A stretch of DNA of 64,000 bases. It comes from Squalus acanthias (lineage: Eukaryota). Below the pieces are notes generated by a model. That model saw only the letters and a program-made list of their open reading frames with translations. It searched no databases and was not told the origin of the DNA. The position numbers were made by a program, and so were the translations under genes. Of this stretch, positions 12,201-25,335 are shown piece after piece. Every line of letters starts with the position of its first letter. The first letter of the stretch is position 1. The stretch lies in assembly GCA_030390025.1 (NCBI GenBank), contig CM059432.1, forward strand, positions 55,492,001 to 55,556,000, read 5' to 3'.

Positions 12201-12510
12201 ATCCGTACACTTAAGGAGTAAGATAAACACTAGCTTTATACCAAGCGAGACCTCTGATAGTAATGCTGATTCCCAGTGCACAGGTTTTGTTATTACCTGC
12301 AACCGGAAGGTGAACCTGCTGAGATTTGCTAAGGTCGCTGGCCTGGAAGACCCATTTTTAACAGCTTTTCCTGGTGATTGTCTTTAGCAAACCCTGGTAG
12401 GTTTACCTTCAGTTTGCAGCTGGCTTTGTAAGATCCATTATTCAGGAACGAGCAATGCTAGGCTAGCACAGTTTTCGTATAGCTTAAAAGTAGTTTTTTT
12501 TTAAACTAAG

Positions 12511-13275
12511 GGGCGCGATCTTGCCAGCCCTGGGGAGGCGGGACTGCCGGGAAAATGGCAGAATCTGGGGGGCGGTGCCCATCCCGCCCCCGTGCCTTCT
12601 TCCCGGGAGGCGGGTAGCCGACCCGCGCCGGGTCCCATCTCCTGGAGGCGGGAAGGGGATTACAGCCACTTAATTGCCTGTTAACAGGATTATCTCATTT
12701 TACCCACACAAGTGCGGGCTTCCCGAAGGCTGCGAACCCCGCCAGGGTCAGTGAGGCGAGCAGTGGGTCTGCGGGAGTCGGAGGGGTGCAAAAGTGCGCT
12801 TTGAAGGTAAGTGATGGGTGCAAGTGTGGAGAGGTAAGTATGTGAGGTGAGTGGAAAAGTGATAGAAAATGTTTACTTACCTTTGTTTCTTCCTGCAGGC
12901 TTCAAACGTTGGGGATGCGGAAAGTCTCGCATCTCACCGGCAGAGATGACAGATGGCTGCTGCATTCTCCAATGCAACAACCATCTAATTTCTGCTCACA
13001 AAAGAAGTTTGATGAGTCTTGAATGCAAGAGCTCATCAAACAACATAGAATGTCAATGTTAGACAGCTTCACAGAGCTGTCAAATGGAAAAGCCATACGC
13101 TGCCGTTCTCTGTAACCGGCTTCCCCTTAATTTGCCTGCTAAACCCGCTGGGCGGGCTTAACAAGGTCAATAAAGGGAAAATAGCGGGGGTTGGCCAGAG
13201 TCGATGGAGGTGGGACTAAAACCCGACAAGTGGGAGTCCCGCCTCCAAAAGCTCCCCATTGGCAAAATCCAGCCC
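12511..13275. mobile_element. Harbinger-type MITE, family A copy A3 (orientation R)
   Basis: Termini gggcgcgatctt / aaaatccagccc; TSD AAG; close reverse complement of A2. Confidence 0.9.
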
Positions 13276-13608
13276 AAGGAGTGCAATGGTGCTGAGCATT
13301 ACAGGACTGCTACATAATGCTGTAGTGAAACGAGCATAGGGTCTGATCCCTACCCTGCTGAAATCGCAATCAGAGTCAGGCCAAGTGGAGACTGGTATCC
13401 TTCTGCAGGGAAGAGGGAAAATCTTAAGGGAGAGTCATACCCAGTAACTCCTGATAGCCACCTCGGGGAGAGAAGGACTGGCAATAGCCTGGGACCAGGC
13501 TGCGCATCCATTTTCTCATCAGCAGAGTTAACAAGGACAGGCAGACCCAAAGACAGGGAATAATTTATAATGAAAGAAAATAACATTAAAAAAAAAATCA
13601 CTATTTAC

Positions 13609-13742
13609 CTTTCCATCAAAGTATTCACCATTCTTTCAAAAGCCTCATCACATCTCAGGATAGGGCTTGTGATGCCCCATTGTAAGGACTTGCTGTAATC
13701 AGACAAACCAAAATACACCATCTCCTCATTGCTGATCTCCTC
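13609..13742 (-). CDS. GREB1L: GREB1L exon N (134 nt, phase 0-2)
   Basis: [44 protein letters not shown](R); cag| and |gtaaat. Confidence 0.95.
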
Positions 13743-14639
13743 CTGACAGAAGAATGAGGGAGAAATACACCAGAATTAGAGACAGAAAATAACCTGCAAC
13801 ATTGCTCAGTCTGAGAGATCTTCTCAAAAATTTGCTACAATCCAAACAGAAGCTTTCAATACTGGAAAAATGAAAATTAACCCCCCCCCCAGAAAATGTA
13901 GAAGCTACATTTTCAAATTTCTTACATGAAATGGAAGCGTTAAAAAAAATCCTCTGAAAATCCCATGGCTCACAATTGAAGTGTGAGTGTTGGCAATACT
14001 GAAATAATATCACTGCAGAGATGGTTTTGACATTTTTTAATAAACTGTTCAATTATAATGAAAAAAACAGACTTGCAAATATTAGAAACTGAGATCAATG
14101 CACCCAGCAGAAAGTTACTTTTTGGACTTAGCTTCTTTGAGTTTAAATTAACCTTGGAGAACACTACTAGAGCTAGTATTAGATTTACTGCCGTAGTAAT
14201 TTTAATGGTGTTCCTGGCATCAGAAACTTGGCAAGATTTGCTGGTGTGCAAACAACACCTAAGATAGACAAAAAACAGCAACATATTAAGAGTAAGGAGC
14301 CTCCTGTAGTTTGTGTGTCTGATCCAGTTGGGCCGACTGATCTGCTGTGTTTGGGAACAGACAATCACATTTATGGTTACCAGTACGAAAAGTTTACAAA
14401 ATAATTTTAGAGTTCAATGATAAGAAATCACATGACTAGTTTAATATAAATAAGGGTGTCCATCTTTTGCCCAGTCCAAAACTGAAATGGGAATTTAAAA
14501 AAAAATCTACACATAAATGAAACAAACAAATCCTGCAAATGGACTGCTCACTCATGCACAAATGCAAAACTTTTCAGTGACTACACAAAATATATTTTCT
14601 GATTTGTTTTAAGGGGTGAAGGAGGTGAGTACCTCAAAA

Positions 14640-15060
14640 GTTCAGTGGGTAAATGCTTCAACCTGGGTGATACCAAGCCAAAAATGAACCAGGGTTTAAT
14701 CCTCAGTCTGTGGTGAAAGGTAAAAGTCAATCCTGATTCCCACTTCTGATCGCTATCCGGTGACCAATGTTCCCTTTAATTTTTTTTGGGGGGGTGCGGC
14801 CCCTTTAACGGCCTGCACGGCCCATTCAAATCCCCGGCAAGCGGCCTGCATGGGAGGTCCAGACAGCTGCGTGGCTGCGCAGCTTGAAGGGAACATTGCC
14901 GGTGACCCATGCTGTTCATTCAGTGTGTCTGGATGGTGGGTGAGATCAGGATCAGGATTAACTGTAATGTCCTTTGCAGTCAAATAGCTTGTAACACTCA
15001 CTATCTAAACTGATCCATGAAAAAATGACTACATGTGGTACCATATCCCAGCGTGAGTTC
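14640..15060 (+). mobile_element. Degraded LF-SINE-like element hosting a hAT MITE
   Basis: ctgatcgctatccggtgacc and gtgagatcaggatcagg segments resemble recalled LF-SINE; similar remnants near 42180-42450, 45680-46500 and 59330-59590. Confidence 0.4.
14765..14898. mobile_element. hAT MITE, 134 bp
   Basis: TIR CAATGTTCCCT / AGGGAACATTG; perfect 8-bp TSD CCGGTGAC. Confidence 0.88.
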
Positions 15061-16059
15061 GTGTTTGCCTATATTACAATGACCAAGCTTCAAAGGCAAT
15101 TCATTGGCTAGGAAGCGCTTTGGGACATCCTGAGGTTGTGAAAGGTGCTATAAAAATGTAACTTCTTTCTTTAGGAAAGACGGAGAGAAAATATATATAT
15201 TTTAAAAAGGCAAATGATTCTTTAAGTAAGTATATGTTCAAGGATGAACTGTATCATAGAAAAAAACACCCATATCTAGTGGCACAGAAGCAATGGTATG
15301 CTGCAAACTACATATGGAATAAATGTAATTATACTGAGTGGGTCTGTAACAGCAATCTCTCTTTCTTTGGAGTACCAATAAACATTTTCTCAGTCCAGCC
15401 ACACAGCAAGTCATTCTGCTCCATAAAACAAAATAACCAAGCCATGAGGCACATTTATTAACCTTTTGTAGTATTAAACTCTTTCATCTTAAGTTACTTG
15501 AGTTAAGTATTTTTCATGCCTCCATTAACAGTCATTGTCCTGAATTGGGCTCGTCTAAGCAAGAAGTGACAGTTGTGAAGAATGGAACCTCTTTTCAATC
15601 TGGTTTCTGTGCCAGTATTGAAGGCCTCCAGGTAAAGTAAAACCTCATGCTATGTTGCCCAACATATACAGTATATATTACCTCATCTAATGACAAACAG
15701 GCATGCCTGTCACTGCAATAATGTCAAGAAATTATCAAAGGCAGAAATACAGAAAACAGACATAGTAGCAGTCTCCCTCCCCCCAACAATTACAGACCAG
15801 AACCTCTGCTGCCAATTCTGTCAAAGCTCATAAAAATCAAAATGAATGAGAAGCTGCTGAAATATCTCAGTCACAACAATGTGGACACCTATTCTGCATC
15901 AGAGCAAATTGATTGAGTTGTAACATCCAATCACATGGTCCAGAAATGGCACAATTCTCCTAATCCCCAACACAATTTAAGAGCTCAAGCCCTCACCAAA
16001 GGGTATGCGTTCCCTGCCTCACTGAGAGGCAGACCTCTTAAGGCATACCTAGCAAGCTA

Positions 16060-16260
16060 AAAAAAATGAATGCTGGAAATCTAAAATAAAAATGGAAAAT
16101 ATGAGAAATAGTCAGCACGTCCATCAGCAACTGAAAGAATAATGACAAATTAACTTTTTCGATTGCGACAGTTCACCACAATCAGGAGTGTTTGGCTATC
16201 TTTTCAAATGCCGATGGGCCTACTGTGCATTTTTCAGCATTTCATATTTTGATATCTGGG
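16060..16260. mobile_element. Old palindromic Penelope-like LTR remnant
   Basis: atgctggaaatctaaaataaaa...tttttcagcatttcatattttgat; similar to the ends of 37322-38361. Confidence 0.55.
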
Positions 16261-16448
16261 GAGCTCCAGATTTCCTCAAAGGATGCTAAGAGAGGGTCAT
16301 ATTAATTTAGCATTATTTTGTCTTCTAATTGTATCATCTTTGCAAGTGACCCTCAGAGAAGTATGCTTGGCTCAAGACTTTCAGACACTATAGGAATTCC
16401 TGCATGTACAGGGAAATACTGTTGAAGATTTGATTTGCACAAAGATAT

Positions 16449-17223
16449 GGGCTGGATTTTCAATGACCCGTGGAGTCGGGTTTGGAGGCGGGGGGGGGGG
16501 GTTAAAGTTGCAGATTCGGGGGTCCCGACCCCATCCCGACTCCAACCCACCTCCATGCTAGTTTCTCTGGCGGCGGGTACCCGACCTGGTCTGAGACCTG
16601 ACTCCCCGAGGCGGGAAGGGATTAGTGACAATTAACTGCCTGTTAACAGGTAGTTAACAGGCAGTTTTTTGCATAATCCCTATTTTAAAAACAAAAGTGT
16701 GGGCTTCCCGACAGGTGGCAACCACGCCAAGTTATCGGGTTGGGCCGTGGGTCTGCAGGGGTTGGAGGGGTCGATATGTCCGGTGGGCAGGTGAGTGATG
16801 GGTGCATGTGTGCAGAGGTAAGTGTGTAAGGTAAGTGCTAAGTGTTGGAAAAAGTTTTACTTACCTTAACTTCCTCCTGCAGGTGTCAACCCTTCAGTTC
16901 TCGGGAGTTAGAAATCTCACCGGCACAGAAAGCAGGAAAGCCGTGGACCTGTCAAAAAGTGCAGCCTCTGTTTTCTGTGCTGGAATGATTTCTAACTCAG
17001 CCTGAAAGGAAGGACTGAAGTTAGAAATCATATTGTCAGTGTTTGACAGCTTCACAGAGCTCTTGACAGATGTAATGTCAGTCTGTGACGTCACCTGGGC
17101 GGGCTCAACAAGGTCAATCAAGGGAAAATACAGTGGGTTGGCCACATCTCGATGGAGGCGGGTTCACAAGCCAGAATGTGTGATTCCCGACCCCAACACG
17201 ACTCCAACTTCAAAATCCAGCCC
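16449..17223. mobile_element. Harbinger-type MITE, family A copy A4 (orientation R, A1-like)
   Basis: Termini gggctggatttt / aaaatccagccc; reverse complement of A1; flanks tat/aag do not form a TSD. Confidence 0.85.
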
Positions 17224-18039
17224 AAGTTGTCTAATTGAATAAAGTAACTATAGGATTTACTAGTGCTTATGTCAGGCTTCCCTGTTTATATCAGAGCCAA
17301 AGAGCATCAATGAGTGCATGTAATATTGGAAGCAATATCTCATGCACACTTTTATCCATGGAAATCTCTTCCACATACATCATTAACTAGAACCCTAACT
17401 CTTGTATGCAGAAATGTGAACACAATTAAACAATTACTTAATGAACCAGGGGTTTTCCATCACACATTAGACTAAAGGACGTCTGTGACTTGCCTCATTG
17501 ATACCTAGTATAATTTCTTCACGTATTCCTGCACTCCCAGCAACCACTGTGGTCAATTTCTCGAGACGTCTAGCTTTGTTTCAGTTGTCTCTGGCTCCAC
17601 CATGTTGCCACCTAATATACCAAAGATTCCAGTAGATGTTGCTGGACAAAACTCTTTGGTGACAAAGAATATCTAAACCACTGAATTACCGCGGAAGCTT
17701 TGATATCTTTCAGCAAAATTATCGCTGGCAGATGAAGAATACTGACATTTTTGTTACACAGATAAGGCAAAATAGGTTAAACAAATTAAATTGTCTAGTA
17801 ACCTATTTCAAACACTTAATGCAACTCTAGGATCAAAAGTTTCTGCTCACAGAATGAGAATTGACGAATTGATATTTTTCTCAGATGGAGCCCGCAAGTA
17901 ATGGCAGAAGTAACTCTCATCGACGTGTTTAATTTAATATTAAGTAACATTTCATGTCACTAGCATGATTTTGACATAGCCTGTTTCAAGATTACAATGA
18001 TAGACATAAAGGAATACATGCTGGATCCAGTGTCCCTGC

Positions 18040-18760
18040 CTCAACCAACCACCCCCGAGTCCTCCGGTCTCCCCCACACAAGACCTCCGATTCCCCTCTC
18101 CCCAAGAGGTCTCCAATCTTCCCCCGACCTCCAACACCCCCCGCCCCAGTCGGAAGGCCTCCGATCCCAACTCCGGCCCCTGATCACCTTCCCAGCCTCC
18201 TCCCTATATCCCCGATCCTCTTCCGGCCCCTGACCACCTCTCCCCCCACCCCCACGATGCTCCTCTGGCCCTGATCCTCCTCTGGCCCCCGACCACCACC
18301 CCGCCAATGCTCCCTCCAGCCCCGCTACTCCTCCGGCCCCCAACCACTCTCCCATGATGCTCCTGAGGCCCCCAACCACCGCACCCCCATTCTCCTCCAG
18401 CCCCGATCCTCCTCCGCCCCCGACCAATGCCCCACCCCCACCGGATGTTCCTCCAGCACCAATTCACCCCCACCCATCCCGAACCTCCTCCGGCCCCGAT
18501 TCACCCCCCCCCCCCCCCCCAATCATCCTCCGGCCCCGATTCACCCCCCCCCCCAATGATCCTCCGGCCCCGATTCCCCCCCCCCAATGATCCTCCGGCC
18601 CTGATTCACACCCCCCCCCCAATCATCCTCTGGCCCCGATTCACCCCCCCCCTCCCCCCCACCCAATCATCCTCCGGCCCTGATTCACCCCCCCCCAATC
18701 ATCCTCCGGCCCCGATGCAACCGCCCCCCCCCCCCCCCCCCCCCTACACGCCTCCAGATT
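18040..18760. repeat. C-rich minisatellite (unit about tcctccggccccgattcaccccccccccaatca), probably the expanded interior of a Harbinger MITE
   Basis: Tandem units with variable C runs; followed by taaaactgcggcc, which resembles the MITE termini. Confidence 0.8.
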
Positions 18761-19184
18761 AAAACTGCGGCCGGAATTTCTGATGAGCTTCTCCCGATTT
18801 CCCACTGTATCCGGCAGAAAGCCTAGAGAAACAGCGCAAACGGCTGTTTATGCCATTCCACCAGGTTTTATATCAACCTTCGCCTAATTTACAGTGAGAT
18901 CAGGAGAACCCCTGTGGAATTCCATATGAAAATAGTTAACCTTGAAAAACATCTCACTGCCATTAGCCAACTGTCACAGCCTCATATCTTTCCATGAATT
19001 TGCAATCCCAGTCCCTCATGTTGATCGTAGACGTCACCCCGAGCATTTCCCCGATGTTGTCAGCTCTACATTAGAATAGCCTGAATGTATTTGTGCAGCA
19101 AAGTTAAACTTCTTCATATACATCAAATGCATATTGTTATACAGCAAAAAACAGTTAGAAAAGAATGACTCAATGTGAACTTAC

Positions 19185-19377
19185 CGGACTGCTGGATAGT
19201 ATCCAGTGCACTTCATTGTATGAACTGACACGAGACTGCTGTGTCTGGAGAGTGAAAGGAAATGAGCTGACCTGCAACATGAGTAAGTTGCATGCCTCAA
19301 GTGCCTCACGTGAATTAATAAACCTATCCGACAGACCTTGGCTGGATTCCCCATGTATTGCAGAGCCTGAAACAAGA
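19185..19377 (-). CDS. GREB1L: GREB1L exon M (193 nt, phase 2-0)
   Basis: (S)[64 protein letters not shown]; cag| and |gtaagt; frame differs from the ORF-track call. Confidence 0.94.
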
Positions 19378-19454
19378 CTGAGGGAACATAAGATTCAATC
19401 AAGACTGCCTGCAGAGACTTCATTTATAGTGAACAGTTAGATAAGAAGGGGGAA

Positions 19455-19670
19455 AGAAAGAACTTGCATTTATATAGCACATTTCACAACCGCAGGGCAT
19501 CCCAAAGTGCTTCACAGCCAATGGTGTACTTTTGAAGTGTAGTCACTGTTGTAATGTAGGCAAGCATGACAGCCAATTTGAATGCAGTAAGGTCCCACAA
19601 ACAGAAATGAAATAAATGGACAGATAATCTGTTTTAGTGATGTTGGAGATAGAATGGATATAAATATTTG
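19455..19670 (-). mobile_element. DeuSINE/SacSINE1-like SINE 3' part
   Basis: Minus strand ...tttgtgggaccttactgc...aaattggctg...ctttgggatg...gctatataaatgcaag; similar copies at 29830-30050 (-) and 15060-15170 (+). Confidence 0.7.
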
Positions 19671-20209
19671 ATGATTTTTCAATTTGTATTGATTAGCAGA
19701 AATAGCCATTTAGTCGGTGTTCATCTCAGTACAACTGTCTGGAATAATACAGCTTTGTTAATTTTCCATTTATCAAATGGAGGAATTCCAATTCATGGTT
19801 GAAATGGTAGAAGTTCACATGGTCACCCTAGGGCACAGGTTGTTAAAACTAGGTCTCAGGACAAACAATGAGTGGTTCAACAGAACACAAAGCCACTAAG
19901 AGAACTAGGATCAAACTGTAGCCTTGTTCACAGTCAGGCTTCAGCGAGATGCAAGTCTGTCAATCTTAGGCTAGTTATCAGCCTCAGCATCAAATGGCAG
20001 GGCACACATCATCACAGGAAAGGTCAAGAGAGAAAAGAGAATACATAAAATCAATCAAACAGCCGGGGTTATACTTCATCAAAGCCAAGCATTGGCCACA
20101 GGCTGATATTAACAGACATCACAAAGATGTCCAAGTGGCATGAAACATGTTCATAGTTGTGAAGAAGAGAAAATTAAAATAAAGTTGCAAAAATGACATA
20201 TAAACTTAC

Positions 20210-20390
20210 CTAGTGAGATCAACATGAGCGTTGTCATGAATAAGAACAAAGAGTGTGTATGGATTCTGCTTGACTTTTTTCATGAAAGCCTCAAACTTGT
20301 TCTGAATGTCATGGTCTAACCGGATAATATATTTCTCAGCCCTTTGGTAGGCTATACCGTTTTCCTCAAGACCCAAGTCTACAAGTACTC
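20210..20390 (-). CDS. GREB1L: GREB1L exon L (181 nt, phase 1-2)
   Basis: [21 protein letters not shown]...[20 protein letters not shown]; cag| and |gtaagt. Confidence 0.96.
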
Positions 20391-21247
20391 CTGTGTAAAA
20401 ACAAAGGTGTATTCTGTAATCAATTATAAATATTGGTTTGTTGTAGGTTCTGCATTCATTAAGTGTCAGAAGTGAAGACATTGTAGCAATAAATATCTTG
20501 GAAAAAAATGATAGTAAGTTACAGTGGAACAAAGAACGTGTGAACACTCTTCTTATCCTCTCAGTTTATATATGTTTTGAATGCAATATTCTTGTTACAA
20601 TATTATTGTGGCACCAATATTTCCTATGCTTGGTGCCACAGGATAGAGAGACATAGATTTGATCCCTCACTCCATTGGGTTCCCAATCTCAGTCCCACAA
20701 ATAAAAGGAAAAATCATGTGGAGAATTTCCATTGTGTTAGTCTGGCATACTTTTTAGCAGCCAGTAAGGAATAGCATTGGAGATGGCCTGAGACCAGGTC
20801 ATCCATCATACTCCCTTGAACACGTGCCTGAGGGGGCCAATAAGGGAAGAAATAGAAGGGGTGGGGGGATGAGAATAGAATGTATGCCCTGATATTGCAG
20901 TACATAGCCTCAAAAAATTAATAATATAGGAAATCTGGGAGGTGAAACGCTTAGTGAAAAAACTTGGTGTGAGAATAATGCAGTGTTCCCCATTTAAAAA
21001 TCACACCCACTTCTTCATTAAAATTAGTTACTCCCCTAGTTGCTTTAAATCTCCCATGTGACTAAAGTTAAACAAGACAGTTCTTTATCTATAAATAATC
21101 AGACAACTTCAATAAGAATATCAACTTATAACTATTAGGGGATCGGGTAAGTAAAGCCTATTCGAAAAATGTTACATCCATAATTTTGTTGAACATCTTC
21201 TGTCATGCACTTTAAAAATGAACCTCTCAGCAGTTTTATTTGCCTAC

Positions 21248-21445
21248 CTGAATGTCGAATACGTTGCAAAGTCTGTTGGAAAAGAATCTCTGAAGGAGGT
21301 ACTAAAATAGTGAAGTCAACCTTTCCAAAACGCCCCAAGTCTAGGTTTTGCATTCCAGAGTCTGCTATGGCACAAACTTGAGATAACAGCTTTCTGGCAA
21401 CACTGAGCTGAGGTGGATGAATCTGGAACACTTCAGTAACTGACT
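21248..21445 (-). CDS. GREB1L: GREB1L exon K (198 nt, phase 1-1)
   Basis: (E)[30 protein letters not shown]...[10 protein letters not shown]; cag| and |gtaggc. Confidence 0.96.
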
Positions 21446-21609
21446 CTGTGGAGAAAGAAGAAAGCACATCCCATTGTTAAAACTCCACTAACAGTTTGCA
21501 GTTACTTTATTGAACTGGTCACCCTTGTGTTTCCATGCTTAGTAGTGAAATGTTGCTGCATCTTTTTTAAAGGGTCCTGCACAAAGTTATTTTTTTCAAT
21601 AATGCCCAA

Positions 21610-22080
21610 GGGGGAAAAATTGAGTAGCGCCCCCTTTGGGGCACTAACTTCGAAAATTAGCGCCCCCGTGGCTGAAATTCATCGGTAGCGCCCCAAGAGG
21701 GAAGCTGGGTACTACTGGAAGCGCCCCGTCTCCCTCTTGGGGCGCTGCGAGTGAATATCCCGGCGCGACGTGCCGCAGAGTGAAGTCGCGCCGCGATACT
21801 GCAGGCCTTCCTCCCCTTCTTAAAGGGGAGGAGCCTTGCACAGCGCGACCTGGGGCCCAGCTGGGCCACCAGGGATCGGAGAGCCGACAAAAGAGCCCGG
21901 CACTCAAGAGAAGTGCCGGGCTCACGGAGCACAGCCGGCACTCCGCAGCGGGGCTGGTCAGGAGGCCGGGGACGGCAACGGAGGCAGGTGCTGGCAGGTG
22001 GCCAGCAACAAAAATGGCCGCCCGGCACCTCGCGTTTAATTAGCGCCACCCCGGCCGCAGGTAGGACCCCTGAGAGAGTT
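21610..22080. mobile_element. One-ended GC-rich Harbinger-like fragment
   Basis: Starts gggggaaaaattg; repeated subterminal tagcgcccc motifs; no matching right TIR seen. Confidence 0.5.
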
Positions 22081-22479
22081 GAGAGGTTAAAAGAGCAATG
22101 TGAAAAGCTACATTATTTTTTGCCATTACATGTATTTTTCATGTAGGAATAAGAATATTTGGCATTACTCAAACTTTTGCATCAAAAAATCTAAAATGTA
22201 CTAGTTTTTTGAGCAGATCAAAAGTTCCAACAGCAAAAGATTGTTTAGTAGGACAACTCAATGCTCAAACTGATTCTTCTGAATAGCGTACAGATCAGTT
22301 ATAAATTGCGATAAAACTATTAACTCACAGGGTTAATAAAGAGTAATTACTTTTGCACAAAAACATGCACCAGTACAAGAGTCAGAGCACAAGCCAGTGC
22401 CATAACCTTTAGCAAAATACTTAGCACTGTGAGTCTTGCAGCATGGAGCTAACACTGACCACTGGTTCTGATGTCTTAC

Positions 22480-22614
22480 CAACACCCTGCATTGATGTCA
22501 TTGCTGCAGCTTCATCTGATGGAACGTACTCAGATACATTTCCGTTGAACGGAACAGCAACATTATTGCTTCTACTCTGCTGAAATTTATCCAGGAATTT
22601 GTCTAAGTTATCCC
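22480..22614 (-). CDS. GREB1L: GREB1L exon J (135 nt, phase 1-1)
   Basis: GDNLDKFLDKFQQSRSNNVAVPFNGNVSEYVPSDEAAAMTSMQGV; cag| and |gtaaga. Confidence 0.93.
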
Positions 22615-23489
22615 CTGTGGAAGATAAAACAGATTTCATTCAGGGTACCCAGAAGATAAGCATAAAAAAAAGTTATATACTGATTAGAAAAAACTCTAAG
22701 CATGAACTGTAAAAGTATTCAAAGCTTCAAAATATACCTGATGCGTATAAACATCTAGTCAACATTTTAAATAAGCATTCCCTGGTTAAACAGGCTTTGT
22801 GTTACTTCTTTTTAAAACAGATGAATGGACTGTTGAAAAATTTATTCCAAACAATTAAACTGGAAGATACAAAATATTGTGATGCACAGGAGAATGCATT
22901 TAAAAGTCTTGTAGCAGCCGACTGGCCTTTTGAGGGTGTTTGCAAATTGTTCAATAATCTTAAATAGCTATTGCCATTTCCACAGTGACTGTGGGACTGG
23001 TTTTCCTCCTAGCCCTAATGGTGGTGCAACTTTGGTGGGACAGAATCGCTGCATGCCTCAGGCCTGCACCCCTGATTCTGTCTGAGTTCCCAGGGTCAGC
23101 TTATTTTAATAATCTTGATGGGCACCCGTGTCTAGACGGGGGGAATCGCAGCTGCAGACCTCAGGCGTCTACCGTAGCATAACCTGGGCCAGTTGCCTCT
23201 GGGCAATGCTTCTTTTAATCATCCTCTCTTGGGGGAGTTTACAATGTAAATCCACCAGCCCTGCACAACTATGGCAAAGTTGCATACCAGTGACATGCAG
23301 CGTACCTAGCGTCCAATATTGCTATGACCAGTTCCTATCATTCACATATCATTACAACACGCCTGCTTATATTTGAGCAGATGTATTGAACACCCAAGAT
23401 TGCTGATGGCGGGAAATCATGGAATAGGCAGCATGTGGGTGAGGAGCCAGTGGAAAGGCTCTGTGCTTAATTTTCCACTCCCAGCCACT

Positions 23490-24310
23490 GAGCGGACAAG
23501 TGGCAGATGAAATTTAATGCAGAAAAGTGCGAAGTGATATATTTTGGTAGAAAGAATGAAGAGAGGAAATAAAAAAGGGTACAATCCTGAAGTGGGTGCA
23601 TGAACAGAGAGACCTAGGGGTATATGTGCACAAATCGTTGAAGGTGACAGGGCAGGTTGAGAAAGCAGTTAAAATAGCTTATGGGATCCTAGGCTTCATG
23701 AATAGAAGCATAGAGTACAAAAGCATGGAAATTATGATGAACCTGTATAAAACACTGGTTTGGCCTCAACTGGAGTACTGTGTCCAATTCTGGGCACCGC
23801 ACTCTAAGAAGGATGGGAAGGCCTTAGACGGGTGCAGAAAAGATTTACGAGAATGGTTCCAGGGATGAGGGACTTCAGTTATGTGGATAGACTGGAGAAG
23901 CTGGGGTTGTTCTCCTTAGAGCAGAGAAGATTGAGAGGAGATTTGATAGAGGTGTTCAAAATCATGAGGGGTCTGGACAGAATAGATAGAGAGAAACTGT
24001 TCCCATTGGCAGAAGGGTCGAGAACCAGAGGACACAGATTTAAGGTGATTGGCAGACATGAGGAAAAACTTTTTTGCTCAGCGAGTGGTTATGATCTGGA
24101 ATGCACTGCCTGAAAGGGTGGTGGAGGCAGACTCAATCATGGCTTTCAAAAGGGAATTCCAAGTACCTGAAGGAGAAAAATTTGCAGGGCTACAGGGAAA
24201 GGGCGGGGGAGTGGGACTAGCTGAAGTGCTCTTGCAGAGAGCTGGCACGGGCTCAACGGGCCGAATGGCCTTCTTCCGTGCTGTAACCATTCTATGATTC
24301 TAAGAGATTC
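23490..24310 (+). mobile_element. CR1 LINE 3' fragment
   Basis: QRDLGVYVHKSLK, LEYCVQFWAP, RRLRGDLIEVFKI, QRVVMIWNALP; tail ttctatgattcta. Confidence 0.93.
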
Positions 24311-24694
24311 AGGATGGAATTTGATTAGTGCTGATCCTTAGTGAAATGTCGCTGGCCTGCATTCTGCTGTTCTTTGGTCATCTCAGTTCAGCAGAAATGA
24401 TAGAATACTGCACCTTCTACAAACTCTCAATAATACACTGTAAGAATGAAAAAATGTAGGCTGGACAGTAAAATCAAGATTTTGTACTTATTGCTCTTAC
24501 AGAGCAGCAACAGCAAGTGGTAAGGTGTGGGTTCGTGTCCACATAGCAAGCTCTCAACCAGAGCTGTCCCATCAAAGACCAAGCATTGGTTTACACATTG
24601 AGAGCTCTCATGAAGCTCTTAATGGCTGGTTGAAGAACGACATTGACAAACACTTTTAGGAAGCTCACCTTCATACTCCTTGCCTCAGAGACAT

Positions 24695-25335
24695 GGGTCA
24701 CAAATTTTGGGGCATTTCTGGGGTGCTACTTCAGCGTGCCTGCATTTTGTAAAGTGCATATTGAGACAGGACCTATTTTCATCTAGGTTTCAGGCCCTTA
24801 ATAGCAGCGAACCAATTCATAATCTCCACTGAGGCTTCCCCGCAATCTGCCTACCAATTCTCCACTGACGCCATTTAAATATATTGCATTCTCAATGGGC
24901 ATTCCCTTGTTTGTAATTTTATTGCAGGAGGAGGAAGAGCAGTCCAAAGTAGAGGAAAGAAGAGTGAAGCAGCATATAAGGAGGATGTACCTTACAAGAA
25001 ATTACCCTCCCCACACCGCTTAAAGAAATTACAGGCCTTGCAGATCCCATGAAGATCCTAGTGAGGAGCTCTATGTGAGAAAAGTGCACTTCGCCAAAGT
25101 GGCATTCGGAGAGCCATCTACTACTTGAAGACCTGCAGCCAAAAAAATTTTCTCAGACAGCTCTGCCACCGACTCATTTCAAGCAGCCACAGGGAACCTG
25201 TGTAATATCGCCCAGGGTGCTGTCCAGGCATGTATTTGTCAGGTAACTGGCAGACTTTTCAGGAGAGTGGGAAATTCATTCAATTTGGCATGACAGCAAG
25301 GCAGAATTGTGATAGGGCCATCCAGTTTCAGGCCC
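24695..25335 (+). pseudogene. Harbinger (HARBI1-like) transposase N-terminal remnant
   Basis: About 25165-25285 reads ATDSFQAATGNLCNIAQGAVQACICQVTGRLFRRVG, the HTH region of Harbinger transposases; gggtcacaaatt terminus-like start. Confidence 0.65.

Noticed and set aside
17952..18762. Proline- and glycine-rich ORFs
   Set aside because: Translations of a C-rich tandem repeat
22421..22479. Extension of exon J to an in-frame stop
   Set aside because: A strong gtaaga donor at 22479 keeps frame with exon K; no evidence for the read-through form
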